A stretch of DNA of 64,000 nt from Synechococcus sp. (lineage in GTDB: Bacteria; Cyanobacteriota; Cyanobacteriia; Thermostichales; PCC-7336): contig JBFRWD010000078.1 of NCBI GenBank assembly GCA_051439425.1, forward strand, positions 48,630 through 112,629, given 5' to 3'. Each line of letters begins with the position of its first letter. The first letter of the stretch is position 1. The translations under genes were made by a program, and so were the position numbers. The notes under the pieces are model-generated. The model did no database searches and was not told the DNA's origin. It saw only the letters and a program-made list of their open reading frames with translations. Of this stretch, positions 10,465 to 19,863 are shown piece after piece.

Positions 10465-10617
10465 TTGGGTGTATTCATCTCATGCATCGAGTATTGACGA
10501 GGAGTGTAAAATTTTTGGTGATCGCGATCGCAAAGGACATGTGATGCCGATCGCACTACTGTTTAGGACATGTCCTCCGTGTTGCGTGTATCGGTGTCTC
10601 AGGCTTATTGAAAACCG

Positions 10618-12927
10618 CTAACGGCGTTTTCGAGGCTTTCTCGGTTTTTGAAACTTTGTTTGCAGATCGGCTAGGGATGCAGACGAACGGGCATTGGACT
10701 TGGGGCGACTGGGGCGATCGGCGATATTCGCTCTCGAACCTCCCGTATCCGGACGAGCTTGCACAATATCCGACGAGCCAACAGCTTTCATGGACAAGCC
10801 AATTCGCTTCAGCGTTTCGTCCACTTCCATCACTTTGACCTTCACCACCTGACCCACTTTGACGATGTCTTTGGGGTCTCTAACAAATCGATTGGCCAAT
10901 TGGGAAATGTGTACCAGTCCGTCTTGATGCACCCCAACATCCACAAACGCACCAAAATTGGCTACGTTCGTCACCACTCCTTCCAATTCCATCCCCGGTT
11001 CCAAATCAGAAATGGTGTCGATCCCGGCTTTGAATGTGGCGTACTGGAACTGTTCGCGCGGATCGCGACCGGGCTTGTCTAGCTCCTGTACGATATCCCG
11101 CAGAGTGGGTTCACCAACGGTGTCGGTAACAAACTGCTTTAGGTCTAAGCTCTGCAAGCGATCACTATTGGCCAGCGCATCAACAGACAAACTAAGGCTA
11201 TTAGCGATCGCCCCCACGATCCCGTAACTTTCTGGGTGTACCGCTGTGTTGTCAAGCGGCTGTTTACCATCGCGAATGCGTAAGAAACCGGCAGATTGTT
11301 CGAAGGCTTTGGGGCCGAGTTTGGGCACTTTCAACAATTGTTTGCGATCGCTAAATGCGCCGTTCTCGTTACGATATCCCACAATATTGGTCGCCACGGC
11401 AGGCGTTAAACCGGCAACATAGGTAAGTAGTTCTTTTGAAGCCGTATTCAGATCTACTCCGACAAAGTTGACGCAGCTTTCGACGGTCTCGTCCAATTGC
11501 TTTTTCAGCAGTTTTTGATCGACGTCGTGTTGGTACTGTCCCACCCCGATTGCTTTAGGTTCGACTTTGACCAGTTCTGCCAGCGGATCTTGCAGCCGCC
11601 GTCCAATCGCAATCGCCCCCCGAACCGTCACATCCAAATCGGGGAATTCTGAAATCGCCACCTCGCTGGCGGAATAGACTGAAGCCCCTGCTTCGCTGAC
11701 CATTACCTTGATGGGCTTGGATGGTAGATCTACGATCGCCTCGGCCACAAACGCATCGGTTTCGCGGCTGGCAGTACCATTGCCGATCGCAACCAGCTCG
11801 ATATTATGTTTTGCAATCAAGTCGCGTAGTGTTTTAGCGGCTTCCTCTCGCCGGGCTGCTGACTGATGGGGAAATACTGCTTGGTAGGCCAAAAACTGAC
11901 CGGTGCGATCGAGCGCGGCAACTTTACAGCCGGTGCGAAACCCCGGATCGATACCCAGTGTTGGCTTCATACCGGCAGGAGCCGCCAACAGCAAATCTTT
12001 GAGGTTGGCGGCAAACGTCTGAATGGATTCGGCATCCGCCCATTCTTTCTTGGTGGCGATCGCTGCGTTGGTTAGAGACGGCTTGAGCAATCGCTGTAAC
12101 GTATCGGCCAGCATGATGCTGTAAAACTCCCCCAGAGAGCGATTGCGGGTGCGCACAAACTGCTGGGTAAGATGGACCAGAATAGATTCCTCATCAAATT
12201 CGACGGTGAGGGAGAGAATCCCCTCGGTTTGACCACGCAGCAAAGCCAATACGTTGTGGGGGGCAACTTTGCGGAGGGGAATCCGGTAGTTGCGATACAT
12301 CTCGAATTTGGTAGAGCCTTCGGGATGCTTGCTCTTGATTTTGGAGACAAAGTCACCGGTTTTGAGAATCGTGTCGCGCACGTAAGCTCGCAGTTCTGCC
12401 CGTTCAGCCACGTCCTCCGCCAAAATATCTGACGCTCCTTGCAAGGCATCGTTAGTGGTTTCGACCCCCTTTTCCACATTCACAAACAGACTGGCTTCCT
12501 GCTCCAAATCGACGTGATCGCTCTTAGCCACGTTCAACTGCTGCAACTTGTTCGCCAATGGCTCAAGCCCTTTTTCGCGAGCAATGGTGGCTCGGGTTCT
12601 GCGCCTGGGTTTGTAAGGTAAATAGAGATCTTCCAGCTCGGTCTTTTGAGTACAGGCTTCGATTTGAGCTTTGAGAGCGCCGGTGAGTTTGCCTTGGGCG
12701 GCGATCGCTTCCAGGATTTTGACTTTCCGATCTGCCAGCTCCCTCAAATAGGTGTAGCGATCTTGCAGCGATCGCAGCTGAGTTTCGTCCATCTCGCCGG
12801 TGCGCTCTTTGCGATAGCGGGCAATAAACGGCACTGTGGCACCGTCCTCCAACAGAGCCAGCGCCTCGGTTACTTGCTTGGGGCGCAACGATAGTTCGCC
12901 AGACAGGATGGAGATAAGTTCGTTCAT
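10618..12927 (-). CDS. tex: Tex/YhgF transcription accessory protein
   Basis: TVPFIARYRKE, GIDPGFRTGCK, EAGASVYSAS, C-terminal S1 domain (FGAFVDVGVHQDGLVHIS). Confidence 0.95.
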   Translation of the reverse strand: MNELISILSGELSLRPKQVTEALALLEDGATVPFIARYRKERTGEMDETQLRSLQDRYTYLRELADRKVKILEAIAAQGKLTGALKAQIEACTQKTELEDLYLPYKPRRRTRATIAREKGLEPLANKLQQLNVAKSDHVDLEQEASLFVNVEKGVETTNDALQGASDILAEDVAERAELRAYVRDTILKTGDFVSKIKSKHPEGSTKFEMYRNYRIPLRKVAPHNVLALLRGQTEGILSLTVEFDEESILVHLTQQFVRTRNRSLGEFYSIMLADTLQRLLKPSLTNAAIATKKEWADAESIQTFAANLKDLLLAAPAGMKPTLGIDPGFRTGCKVAALDRTGQFLAYQAVFPHQSAARREEAAKTLRDLIAKHNIELVAIGNGTASRETDAFVAEAIVDLPSKPIKVMVSEAGASVYSASEVAISEFPDLDVTVRGAIAIGRRLQDPLAELVKVEPKAIGVGQYQHDVDQKLLKKQLDETVESCVNFVGVDLNTASKELLTYVAGLTPAVATNIVGYRNENGAFSDRKQLLKVPKLGPKAFEQSAGFLRIRDGKQPLDNTAVHPESYGIVGAIANSLSLSVDALANSDRLQSLDLKQFVTDTVGEPTLRDIVQELDKPGRDPREQFQYATFKAGIDTISDLEPGMELEGVVTNVANFGAFVDVGVHQDGLVHISQLANRFVRDPKDIVKVGQVVKVKVMEVDETLKRIGLSMKAVGSSDIVQARPDTGGSRANIADRPSRPKSNARSSASLADLQTKFQKPRKPRKRR

Positions 12928-13161
12928 AGACAGTGGATACGAGCAGTAGAGCTGCGACCTATTGTGGCAAACATTATCGACCAGTTGGGCAGCCGACCAG
13001 ATGCTGCTAATTACTCGTGAAACAGTGGCATGTATCGATATCGGTGAACGATAGTGCCATCTCGCTGAAACGACTCGCTCTATTGACGGGATTAGTGAGG
13101 GCTAGGCCAGGAACGATCGAGCCCTAACGAACTGCATCTCCTGCAATGAGAGCCTTCTACA

Positions 13162-13509
13162 ATGAGCCAAGATGACTTTTTTGAACGCCGGCGCATTGCC
13201 GATGCCGAACTGGAAAATGCACGAGTCACGAAAAAACTCGAAAATCATCAAGCGGATGTAGAGGAACTCAAGAAAACAGTTAAGAAACTATCCATGACGT
13301 GCAAGGCACTGTGGCAGCTCTTGCAAGAGACGTCCGATATTCCCCAATGGGCATTTGAGGAAAAATTTGAGCAAATCGAGCAGGAATCGGCAGAACGAGC
13401 TGCAACCTGTCCGGGATGCAGCAGGGTTCGACAGAAACGGATACCACACTGTATCTATTGCGGCACACCCTTTGACCTGGATATGTCGCATCGATATTTT
13501 GGCATTTGA
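13162..13509 (+). CDS. hypothetical protein, coiled coil plus zinc ribbon
   Basis: CPGC...CIYCG at the C-terminus. Confidence 0.7.
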   Translation: MSQDDFFERRRIADAELENARVTKKLENHQADVEELKKTVKKLSMTCKALWQLLQETSDIPQWAFEEKFEQIEQESAERAATCPGCSRVRQKRIPHCIYCGTPFDLDMSHRYFGI

Positions 13510-13832
13510 GCACTCAGTAGTTGCCGTCTTATACAAAGGGACGGAACACTCGTTCCAGGGTAAGTTCTGAATAGTCTAGGAAGACGTTGCCGCAATCAGA
13601 GGCAATAGCCTATCAACATTTGGAGCATCTAAACTGCTGAATCCCAAGACTTAACGTAAACTCTTGCAGTTCATTCATTACACTTATCTCCATTCCGGTT
13701 TGCTATAAATCCCGTACATCTATTTGCACTGATCGGGATACACTCCTCGAAACGTAGGGATCGATCAAGGGAGCTTCGCTATCACCGACAGTTTCTCCGA
13801 AACAGTTATCAACCTTTACACAGACAGAACCT

Positions 13833-15713
13833 ATGTGTGGAATCGCTGGTTTTATTGCTAACAATATTTCCGAAAACCCATCTGTTTCGTTGCGAAACAT
13901 GATTGATGCCGTTGCGCATCGCGGACCGGATGACTCGGGCACGTTTGAAGCCAGCATCTCGAATGGCACCCGACTGCTGGGGTTGGGACACCGCCGCCTT
14001 TCGATCATTGACCTCGCCACCGGGCATCAGCCACTCGCCAGCCACGATGGCAGCATCCAATTAGTATTTAACGGCGAAATTTACAACCATATAGAATTGC
14101 GCGAGCGCCTCCAAAAGCGCGGCTATACGTTTGCAACCAGCTCCGATTCCGAAGCAATTATCTACTCTTACTTGGAATATGGAGAAGCTTGCGTTGAGCA
14201 GTTTCGCGGGATGTTTGCCTTCGCAATTTGGGATGCCAATCGCGAAGTTCTTTTCTTAGCTCGCGATCGCTTCGGCAAAAAGCCACTGTTCCTCTACAAC
14301 CGGGACGGTAATTTTGCGTTTGCCTCAGAAATTAAGTCACTACTGCAATTTCCCGATCTGAAAACCAATATCAATTTGCAGTCAATCTCGCAATATTTGT
14401 CCTATCGCTACGTTCCCGGCCCCGCGACCTTATTTGAAAATATCGTCAAACTACCGCCTGGGGCGATCGCCACTTGGAAACAGGGGGACGTCCAGCAATG
14501 CTCCTTTTACACTCCCCCTGATAAGCAGAAACAAATCCAACAGCAATCGGATAGCTCCGATGATTTAGTGGGGGATTTTCTGAACGAGCTAGAAGAATCC
14601 GTGCAGGTGCGGATGATCAGTGACGTACCGATTGGGGCATTTCTCTCGGGAGGTATTGACTCGTCTGCCGTTGTGGGACTGATGGCGAAGCACAGTCAGC
14701 TCCCCGTCCAAACGTTCTCCATCGGATTTTCCGAGTCTAACTACAGCGAGCTCGGATACGCCGGAGTGATTGCACAGCAATTTAAGACCGATCACCACGA
14801 ACTGGTAGTCTCTCAGGACGACCTGATGGACTTGTTGCCAGCGATGGTCGAAAGTCGAGATGCCCCGGTTTCAGAACCATCCGATATTCCGCTCTATTTA
14901 CTGTCGAAAGAAGCCGAGAAAAACGTCAAAGTTGTGTTGACAGGAGAGGGCAGTGACGAGCTGCTCGGGGGCTATCCAAAGCACGTTTACGAACGCTATG
15001 CCGACAGGTATCAGCTTGTACCTAGATGGCTGCGATCCGGTTTGTTTGAGCCGTTAGTGGAGTCCTTACCCTATCGGTTCCGTCGTGCCAAAACTGCTGC
15101 TTTAAACCTAGGGTTGGATGACTGGGAAGAGCGGATGGTGCGTTGGTTTGGGGCACTATCCAAAAAAGAGGCGCAATCGCTGGTGGCTCTGCAAGTTCCT
15201 CAGCAAAAGGCTTGGCCCACAGACCATTTTGATGCCGATCTGGACAGTACGGCTCTTCGCCGCATTCTGTATTTTGACCAAACCAGTTGGTTGCCTGACA
15301 ACCTATTAGAGCGCGGCGATCGCGTCACGATGGCGGCGTCTATTGAGGCCAGAACTCCGTTCTTAGATCACCATCTAGCGGCATTTGTCTCGCAGCTTCC
15401 CGATGACTATCGCGTCCGTAATCGGACAACGAAATGGGTTCTGCGCGAAAGTATGAAGCGACTGCTGCCTGAAAGCATCTTGAATCGGCCCAAGGTTGGT
15501 TTTAGGGTACCGGTGAATGTGTGGTTCCAAGGCCCCATGAAGGATTATTTGTACGACCATCTGACAGGCGCTAATTCTCTGACGGCAGACTACTACCATC
15601 CTGCAGAGTTAAACAAACTGCTGGACGAGCATGTCTCCGGTCGTAAGAACCACGAGAAGCTGCTGTGGACTTTACTCAACCTCGAAGTGTGGCAGCGACG
15701 CTACTTTGGTTAA
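13833..15713 (+). CDS. asnB: asparagine synthase (glutamine-hydrolysing) family amidotransferase
   Basis: N-terminal CGIAG, HRGPD, FNGEIYN, LSGGIDSS, TGEGSDE, EARTPFLD. Confidence 0.92.
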   Translation: MCGIAGFIANNISENPSVSLRNMIDAVAHRGPDDSGTFEASISNGTRLLGLGHRRLSIIDLATGHQPLASHDGSIQLVFNGEIYNHIELRERLQKRGYTFATSSDSEAIIYSYLEYGEACVEQFRGMFAFAIWDANREVLFLARDRFGKKPLFLYNRDGNFAFASEIKSLLQFPDLKTNINLQSISQYLSYRYVPGPATLFENIVKLPPGAIATWKQGDVQQCSFYTPPDKQKQIQQQSDSSDDLVGDFLNELEESVQVRMISDVPIGAFLSGGIDSSAVVGLMAKHSQLPVQTFSIGFSESNYSELGYAGVIAQQFKTDHHELVVSQDDLMDLLPAMVESRDAPVSEPSDIPLYLLSKEAEKNVKVVLTGEGSDELLGGYPKHVYERYADRYQLVPRWLRSGLFEPLVESLPYRFRRAKTAALNLGLDDWEERMVRWFGALSKKEAQSLVALQVPQQKAWPTDHFDADLDSTALRRILYFDQTSWLPDNLLERGDRVTMAASIEARTPFLDHHLAAFVSQLPDDYRVRNRTTKWVLRESMKRLLPESILNRPKVGFRVPVNVWFQGPMKDYLYDHLTGANSLTADYYHPAELNKLLDEHVSGRKNHEKLLWTLLNLEVWQRRYFG

Positions 15714-15863
15714 CGTCACGACGAAGGATATTTAACCCGCCGCACAAAGAACCACCTACTAATGAGATGCGATCGCGATCGCACATCACTGTAGAGATCG
15801 ATCGCTGCTACTGATGTTGTCAATTGGGATACTGAGGCCACGAAAGTTCATTCCGATTGACTT

Positions 15864-16730
15864 ATGCTGACTAAATCTTCCTTCCTCTTTAGCGCTGCTG
15901 CAGTCACTGCCTTCACACTGGGTGGACTAGCGATCGACGCAGCATCCACGACCGACAGTGCACAGGCCGTAATTGGAAACCAGCTGCAATGGGACTGCTT
16001 CCGCAAGAGCGACAACGAATTTAGCTTCGGCTCTCATTCCGATGTTAGTAACAGCTCCATCCTATGCGTTCAAAATCCAGACTTCGATCCAACTCCACCA
16101 TCGCAGTACACCAATCCCGGAAGCGGTGCAGCAGATATTCTGACGATCTTGTTCTTGAATAGCCTGCTCGATCGATTGGATGATAACGATGACCTAGCCC
16201 ATCCAGAAGCACCAGCACCAGTTGACCCCCACCCCGACCCCATCGTCGATTTATATGACGACTGTATTGCCTACAATCCCTTCCATTTGGAAGTACGTGA
16301 TGAAGGGACAAACGGTTGGTTATTGACCGATGGAGCCTCCCGCATGCAAGTGCTGGATGACTATGACGATGCCACCGAGGCATTAGCCGTCGCCCGCCGC
16401 CACACCCACCACTGCTTCATCGGGCGCAGCAACAACCGACCCGAGCGTAGTCGCTACATTACCGAATACTGGTTGGGAGATTCCGGCATTAACGCCGGTC
16501 AGATCGGGGGAGATTGCCGCTCTTACAATCCGGCCGACATCCGAATCGTAGATGAAGGTGCCAATGGTTGGTTGCTGACGGATGGTATTTCTCGCATGGA
16601 TATATTGGACAACTTGGAAGATGCCGAACTGGCTTTGGGGTTAGCTCGCGAACACAACACTCGATGCTTTGTGGGCCGTGGTAACAATCGCCCCAATCAG
16701 AGGGCTTACATTCTGGAGTACTGGCTGTAG
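15864..16730 (+). CDS. secreted protein with two tandem 84-aa Cys-containing repeats
   Basis: Signal peptide ending AQA; repeats C..YNP...DEG.NGWLLTDG.SRM..LD...CF.GR.NNRP....YI.EYWL. Confidence 0.8.
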   Translation: MLTKSSFLFSAAAVTAFTLGGLAIDAASTTDSAQAVIGNQLQWDCFRKSDNEFSFGSHSDVSNSSILCVQNPDFDPTPPSQYTNPGSGAADILTILFLNSLLDRLDDNDDLAHPEAPAPVDPHPDPIVDLYDDCIAYNPFHLEVRDEGTNGWLLTDGASRMQVLDDYDDATEALAVARRHTHHCFIGRSNNRPERSRYITEYWLGDSGINAGQIGGDCRSYNPADIRIVDEGANGWLLTDGISRMDILDNLEDAELALGLAREHNTRCFVGRGNNRPNQRAYILEYWL

Positions 16731-16809
16731 CGGACTCTCCCGACAAGGTCAGCCGTCTTGGTAAAAGGTAGATGGAGCCAAGTCGCTGGCACCATCTACT
16801 ACTTGTTTG

Positions 16810-16906
16810 TATGGCAATCCGCAGTAGGGCCTGGAGTGCGGAGACCGCTCAAACCCTTGATTTCCAAAGAAATACGGTTATAGAACTCTCCATAGCTGAT
16901 TGCCGA
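16810..16906. mobile_element. 97-bp MITE-like element, copy A
   Basis: Ungapped 65/97 match (hand count) to 34629-34725; GGCAATC/GATTGCC termini. Confidence 0.6.
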
Positions 16907-16928
16907 AAGCTATATTTGTTCATTCCGA

Positions 16929-17402
16929 CTACTCGGGCAATCGCCCCATTTGGCATACCTGCTCAAAATGCACTGCTTCAACCGGTTGAACCGACAGCCG
17001 CACTCCTCGCTGCACCACCTTCATCCCCGATAGCTCCGGCTGCGCTTTTAACTCAGCCAAACTGACGAGATGGGGGAATTTTTCGACAAACTGAATATCC
17101 ACCATAAACCACGTGGGAGAATCCGGATCGGATTTTGGGTCGTAATGTTTGTCCTCAGTGTCCCAAGCCGTGAAGTCGGGATACCCAGTCCGGCAGACAG
17201 TGGCCAATCCTGCTACGCCAGGAGGCTTGGTATTGGAGTGATAGAACAACACGCGATCGCCCACCTGCATGACATCGCGCATAAAGTTGCGAGCTTGATA
17301 GTTTCGTACCCCATCCCAGTGGGTTGTATCCTCTCGCTGTAGGTCATCAATGGAATATTCGCTAGGCTCACTCTTCATCAGCCAGTATTGAGTCATCACC
17401 AC
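16929..17402 (-). CDS. EVE domain protein
   Basis: YWLMKSEP, WDGVRNYQARNFMR, FYHSN, RLSVQPV. Confidence 0.93.
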   Translation of the reverse strand: MVMTQYWLMKSEPSEYSIDDLQREDTTHWDGVRNYQARNFMRDVMQVGDRVLFYHSNTKPPGVAGLATVCRTGYPDFTAWDTEDKHYDPKSDPDSPTWFMVDIQFVEKFPHLVSLAELKAQPELSGMKVVQRGVRLSVQPVEAVHFEQVCQMGRLPE

Positions 17403-17557
17403 ACCTCAACGCTCACGAATTCACTCTAGCGTGGTGGCAGCCTGCTACCAGATGGCATATCCAACACAGAATCCCCCGAAAAACAACTACAAAATCGGGG
17501 CGGTTCAAAATCGGGGCATTTTGGGCAACACTCGCCGCAAACAATGAACCACAACTA

Positions 17558-18020
17558 TCAAAGTTTGCAGAACCGGGTAGAAGCAGGGAGATGCCCTCTC
17601 TGGAAGCGCTGGAATCCCAACATCTCCAGCCAGTGAGGACGGGCATCACCATTTATCAATTCTCTGGGACTCTCCCCCATCCGCTCGGCCACCTGGCTGC
17701 GCATGAAACAGCGGCAATTCAAACTCTTGCGTAGTAAAAAGTAGTTGCGCAGACAGGAATTCAGGTTCTCCACCAGTTAGCTGGTTCGGGATGTTTGCTT
17801 GAGTACCTCTGCCACGCTCTCCATCACCACGTGAAACAGACCGAGGAGCTGGGAATGCAACTAATTCCAGCGCTCCCAGTAGGTCTTTGATGTCGGTCGC
17901 TTTCGGAACAGAAAACAAACCTCACGCACCCCCCAGCATCAAGTTAAAGCTGCGAGCAATGGCTACCGGTTTGCGATCTGGGACACCATCGAAGGCCAAC
18001 AAATCAAAACTGTCCCGAGT
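17558..18020 (-). pseudogene. decayed C-terminal fragment of a putative transposase
   Basis: Broken frames DLLAFDGV..., YWERWN*LH, SRTS*LVENLNSCLRNYFLLR, RCFMRSQVAERMGESPRELINGDARPHWLEMLGF. Resembles a recalled cyanobacterial putative transposase family; boundaries approximate. Confidence 0.6.
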
Positions 18021-18034
18021 ATTGTTCTAAACCA

Positions 18035-18925
18035 TCAAACTAAAATCGATTCCCATGGAAGGCGAGCGAACTGGAGAACTCCAAAAAGACAAATATACGA
18101 GATGCGCGTCCATTTATATTTGGGTGGGCATTGGGCAAAGCCCATAATGATTAGGACATAGGCAAAACCTAAAACAGGTAGCAAGAAATATGTGGTCGCA
18201 ACAAAAGTTATTAGGAGCCAGTCTCGACATCGAGATATAAATCTTGAATCTTCGATCAGAAAAAACACGGCAACTAAACCTTCAATAAAAATTGTCCAAT
18301 AAGATGCAGACAAAGTGAATATTTGTAAGCGGGGAGATGTGAGAAGGAAGACACTTCCGATCAGTTCGGGAAACTGACCCAGCATTGATTCAAACAGGCG
18401 ATTTTGCTCAAGAGAATATTGAGAAAGACCGCCAATTATGGATGCAACCGATTCAACTCGTATATCTGTCAGAAACGTATATTCTAAAAACGATCCATCC
18501 CAATATTCCCCAGACAAAACTTTCCAGCCAGTTGCAAACAGAAAAGTCAAGCCAATCAACAATCTTCCGTTCCAAGCAAGAACGCCATCTGAATTCTTTG
18601 ACGACGTAGCTAACGCACAAACTAAACACCAATAAGCAATCAGAATTTTATGATTGTCTATCCACAACCACACAGTTGCGTTAACTAGCCATACCAAACC
18701 ACAAATCATTACCCACATCACCTGATTGAGAAGTAATGCAGGGGACAACAGCATCAATCCGCATATAACTCTTAGAGGAACATCGACTAAAAGAGTTGTT
18801 GAACCATGAATGAATAGTAAAAGTAGCGTAAGTCTGAGAACTATATGGTGCCTTGGCTGTTCAAATAAATCATCAAAAAGTGAGAAAACTAGCTTTGAAG
18901 AAGGAGAGACAGGATTATTTTTCAT
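18035..18925 (-). CDS. HTTM-like polytopic membrane protein (VKGC/SdpB-like)
   Basis: Multiple TM helices; WIDNHKILIAYW, FLFATGWKVLSGEYWDGSFL, IFIEGL. ATG 18925 lies 7 nt after the upstream stop. Confidence 0.7.
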   Translation of the reverse strand: MKNNPVSPSSKLVFSLFDDLFEQPRHHIVLRLTLLLLFIHGSTTLLVDVPLRVICGLMLLSPALLLNQVMWVMICGLVWLVNATVWLWIDNHKILIAYWCLVCALATSSKNSDGVLAWNGRLLIGLTFLFATGWKVLSGEYWDGSFLEYTFLTDIRVESVASIIGGLSQYSLEQNRLFESMLGQFPELIGSVFLLTSPRLQIFTLSASYWTIFIEGLVAVFFLIEDSRFISRCRDWLLITFVATTYFLLPVLGFAYVLIIMGFAQCPPKYKWTRISYICLFGVLQFARLPWESILV

Positions 18926-18932
18926 ACAAAGA

Positions 18933-19550
18933 CTAAGTCCACTCTCCAATTTCAACCACCGGTGTCAACGGCTCGGCAGCAAGACGCTTCTCCTTGCGAT
19001 CGAAGCGGATACGCCACCATTGCAGTCTTACCGCTTTCAGCGATCTCTTGAGTGCATCATTATCTGGGTCGTAGTTGCTCCGAACTCTATATAGTGAATC
19101 CGACAGGGTATTAACTTGATGATTTAATATGTTCTCAAACGGTAGCTCTTCAATCTCCCGTAAATTGGGATTATCTTCAAGGAGCTGTTGAATGACATGC
19201 TGGCGTTTAATTGTAGTTGGAACAATCGCATCCGATAGTAACTCCTCCCCAATTTGAGCTAAATCACTTTCGCGCGGGAAAGAGCGGATCCGCCGAATCG
19301 TAGCTGTAGGCAACACGCTATAAGCATCGATTCGTAAGCGTTCTCCGTCTAAGCCAAGGCCCTCTGCAAAAATGATACGCATTGAAGGGGCATCAACTGC
19401 CGCAAACATACCAAATCCCCCACCTTTCCATGGAGACAAATTAGTTGTTTGGACTAGATAGATTTGTAATAGTGCGACAAAGACTAAGATTGAGGCAGGC
19501 AATGCATGTTCTATATAGAAAGAAATGCGATCGCCTAATTTAAATTTCAA
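18933..19550 (-). CDS. single-TM protein with WKGGGFGMF motif (putative HTTM partner, SdpA-like)
   Basis: N-terminal TM then NLSPWKGGGFGMFAAVD; C-terminal beta strand VRLQWWRIRFD; TTG start with AGAGGGG RBS. Confidence 0.7.
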   Translation of the reverse strand: MKFKLGDRISFYIEHALPASILVFVALLQIYLVQTTNLSPWKGGGFGMFAAVDAPSMRIIFAEGLGLDGERLRIDAYSVLPTATIRRIRSFPRESDLAQIGEELLSDAIVPTTIKRQHVIQQLLEDNPNLREIEELPFENILNHQVNTLSDSLYRVRSNYDPDNDALKRSLKAVRLQWWRIRFDRKEKRLAAEPLTPVVEIGEWT

Positions 19551-19582
19551 GGCAACCCCTCTTGCTCATTCAGTCGGTGCAG

Positions 19583-19837
19583 TTAATCAAAAAATCGCTC
19601 AGCATCTTCATGCCGTTCTTCGAAAGCACCTTCCTCCCTTCGTTCAGAACGATTTTCCCTACGTTCTTCTCCATCTCTTCCTTCTACTTCTTCAGCAAAG
19701 TCAAAAACTGTTCTAGCGAAAAGCGTTGATAAAGGATTACGAGTCTCGGAGGAGGAAATATTGTTCGAGGCACCAACAAAAGGGGCCACAGCAAACATCG
19801 ACAAACCAATAATCCCAAGAAGAACGATCTTAGTCAT
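19583..19837 (-). CDS. small secreted Glu/Arg-rich peptide (candidate precursor)
   Basis: Signal peptide, then a tail with 13 Glu and 8 Arg in the last 37 aa; packed between co-oriented genes (26 and 32 nt gaps). Confidence 0.7.
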   Translation of the reverse strand: MTKIVLLGIIGLSMFAVAPFVGASNNISSSETRNPLSTLFARTVFDFAEEVEGRDGEERRENRSERREEGAFEERHEDAERFFD

Positions 19838-19863
19838 GATAATCTCAAGAGCACGCCAGATTA

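Noticed and set aside
13833..15713. AsnB as a lasso-peptide cyclase
   Set aside because: It has an intact N-terminal Cys glutaminase domain, and no B1/B2 proteins or lasso precursor are nearby.
17413..17918. Track ORFs 17413-17652, 17558-17773 and 17646-17918 as intact genes
   Set aside because: They are pieces or alternate frames of the decayed transposase-like relic.
19690..19725. TVF in the peptide spacer as a true homolog of the factor IX propeptide start
   Set aside because: A three-residue match is not significant and was not used as evidence.
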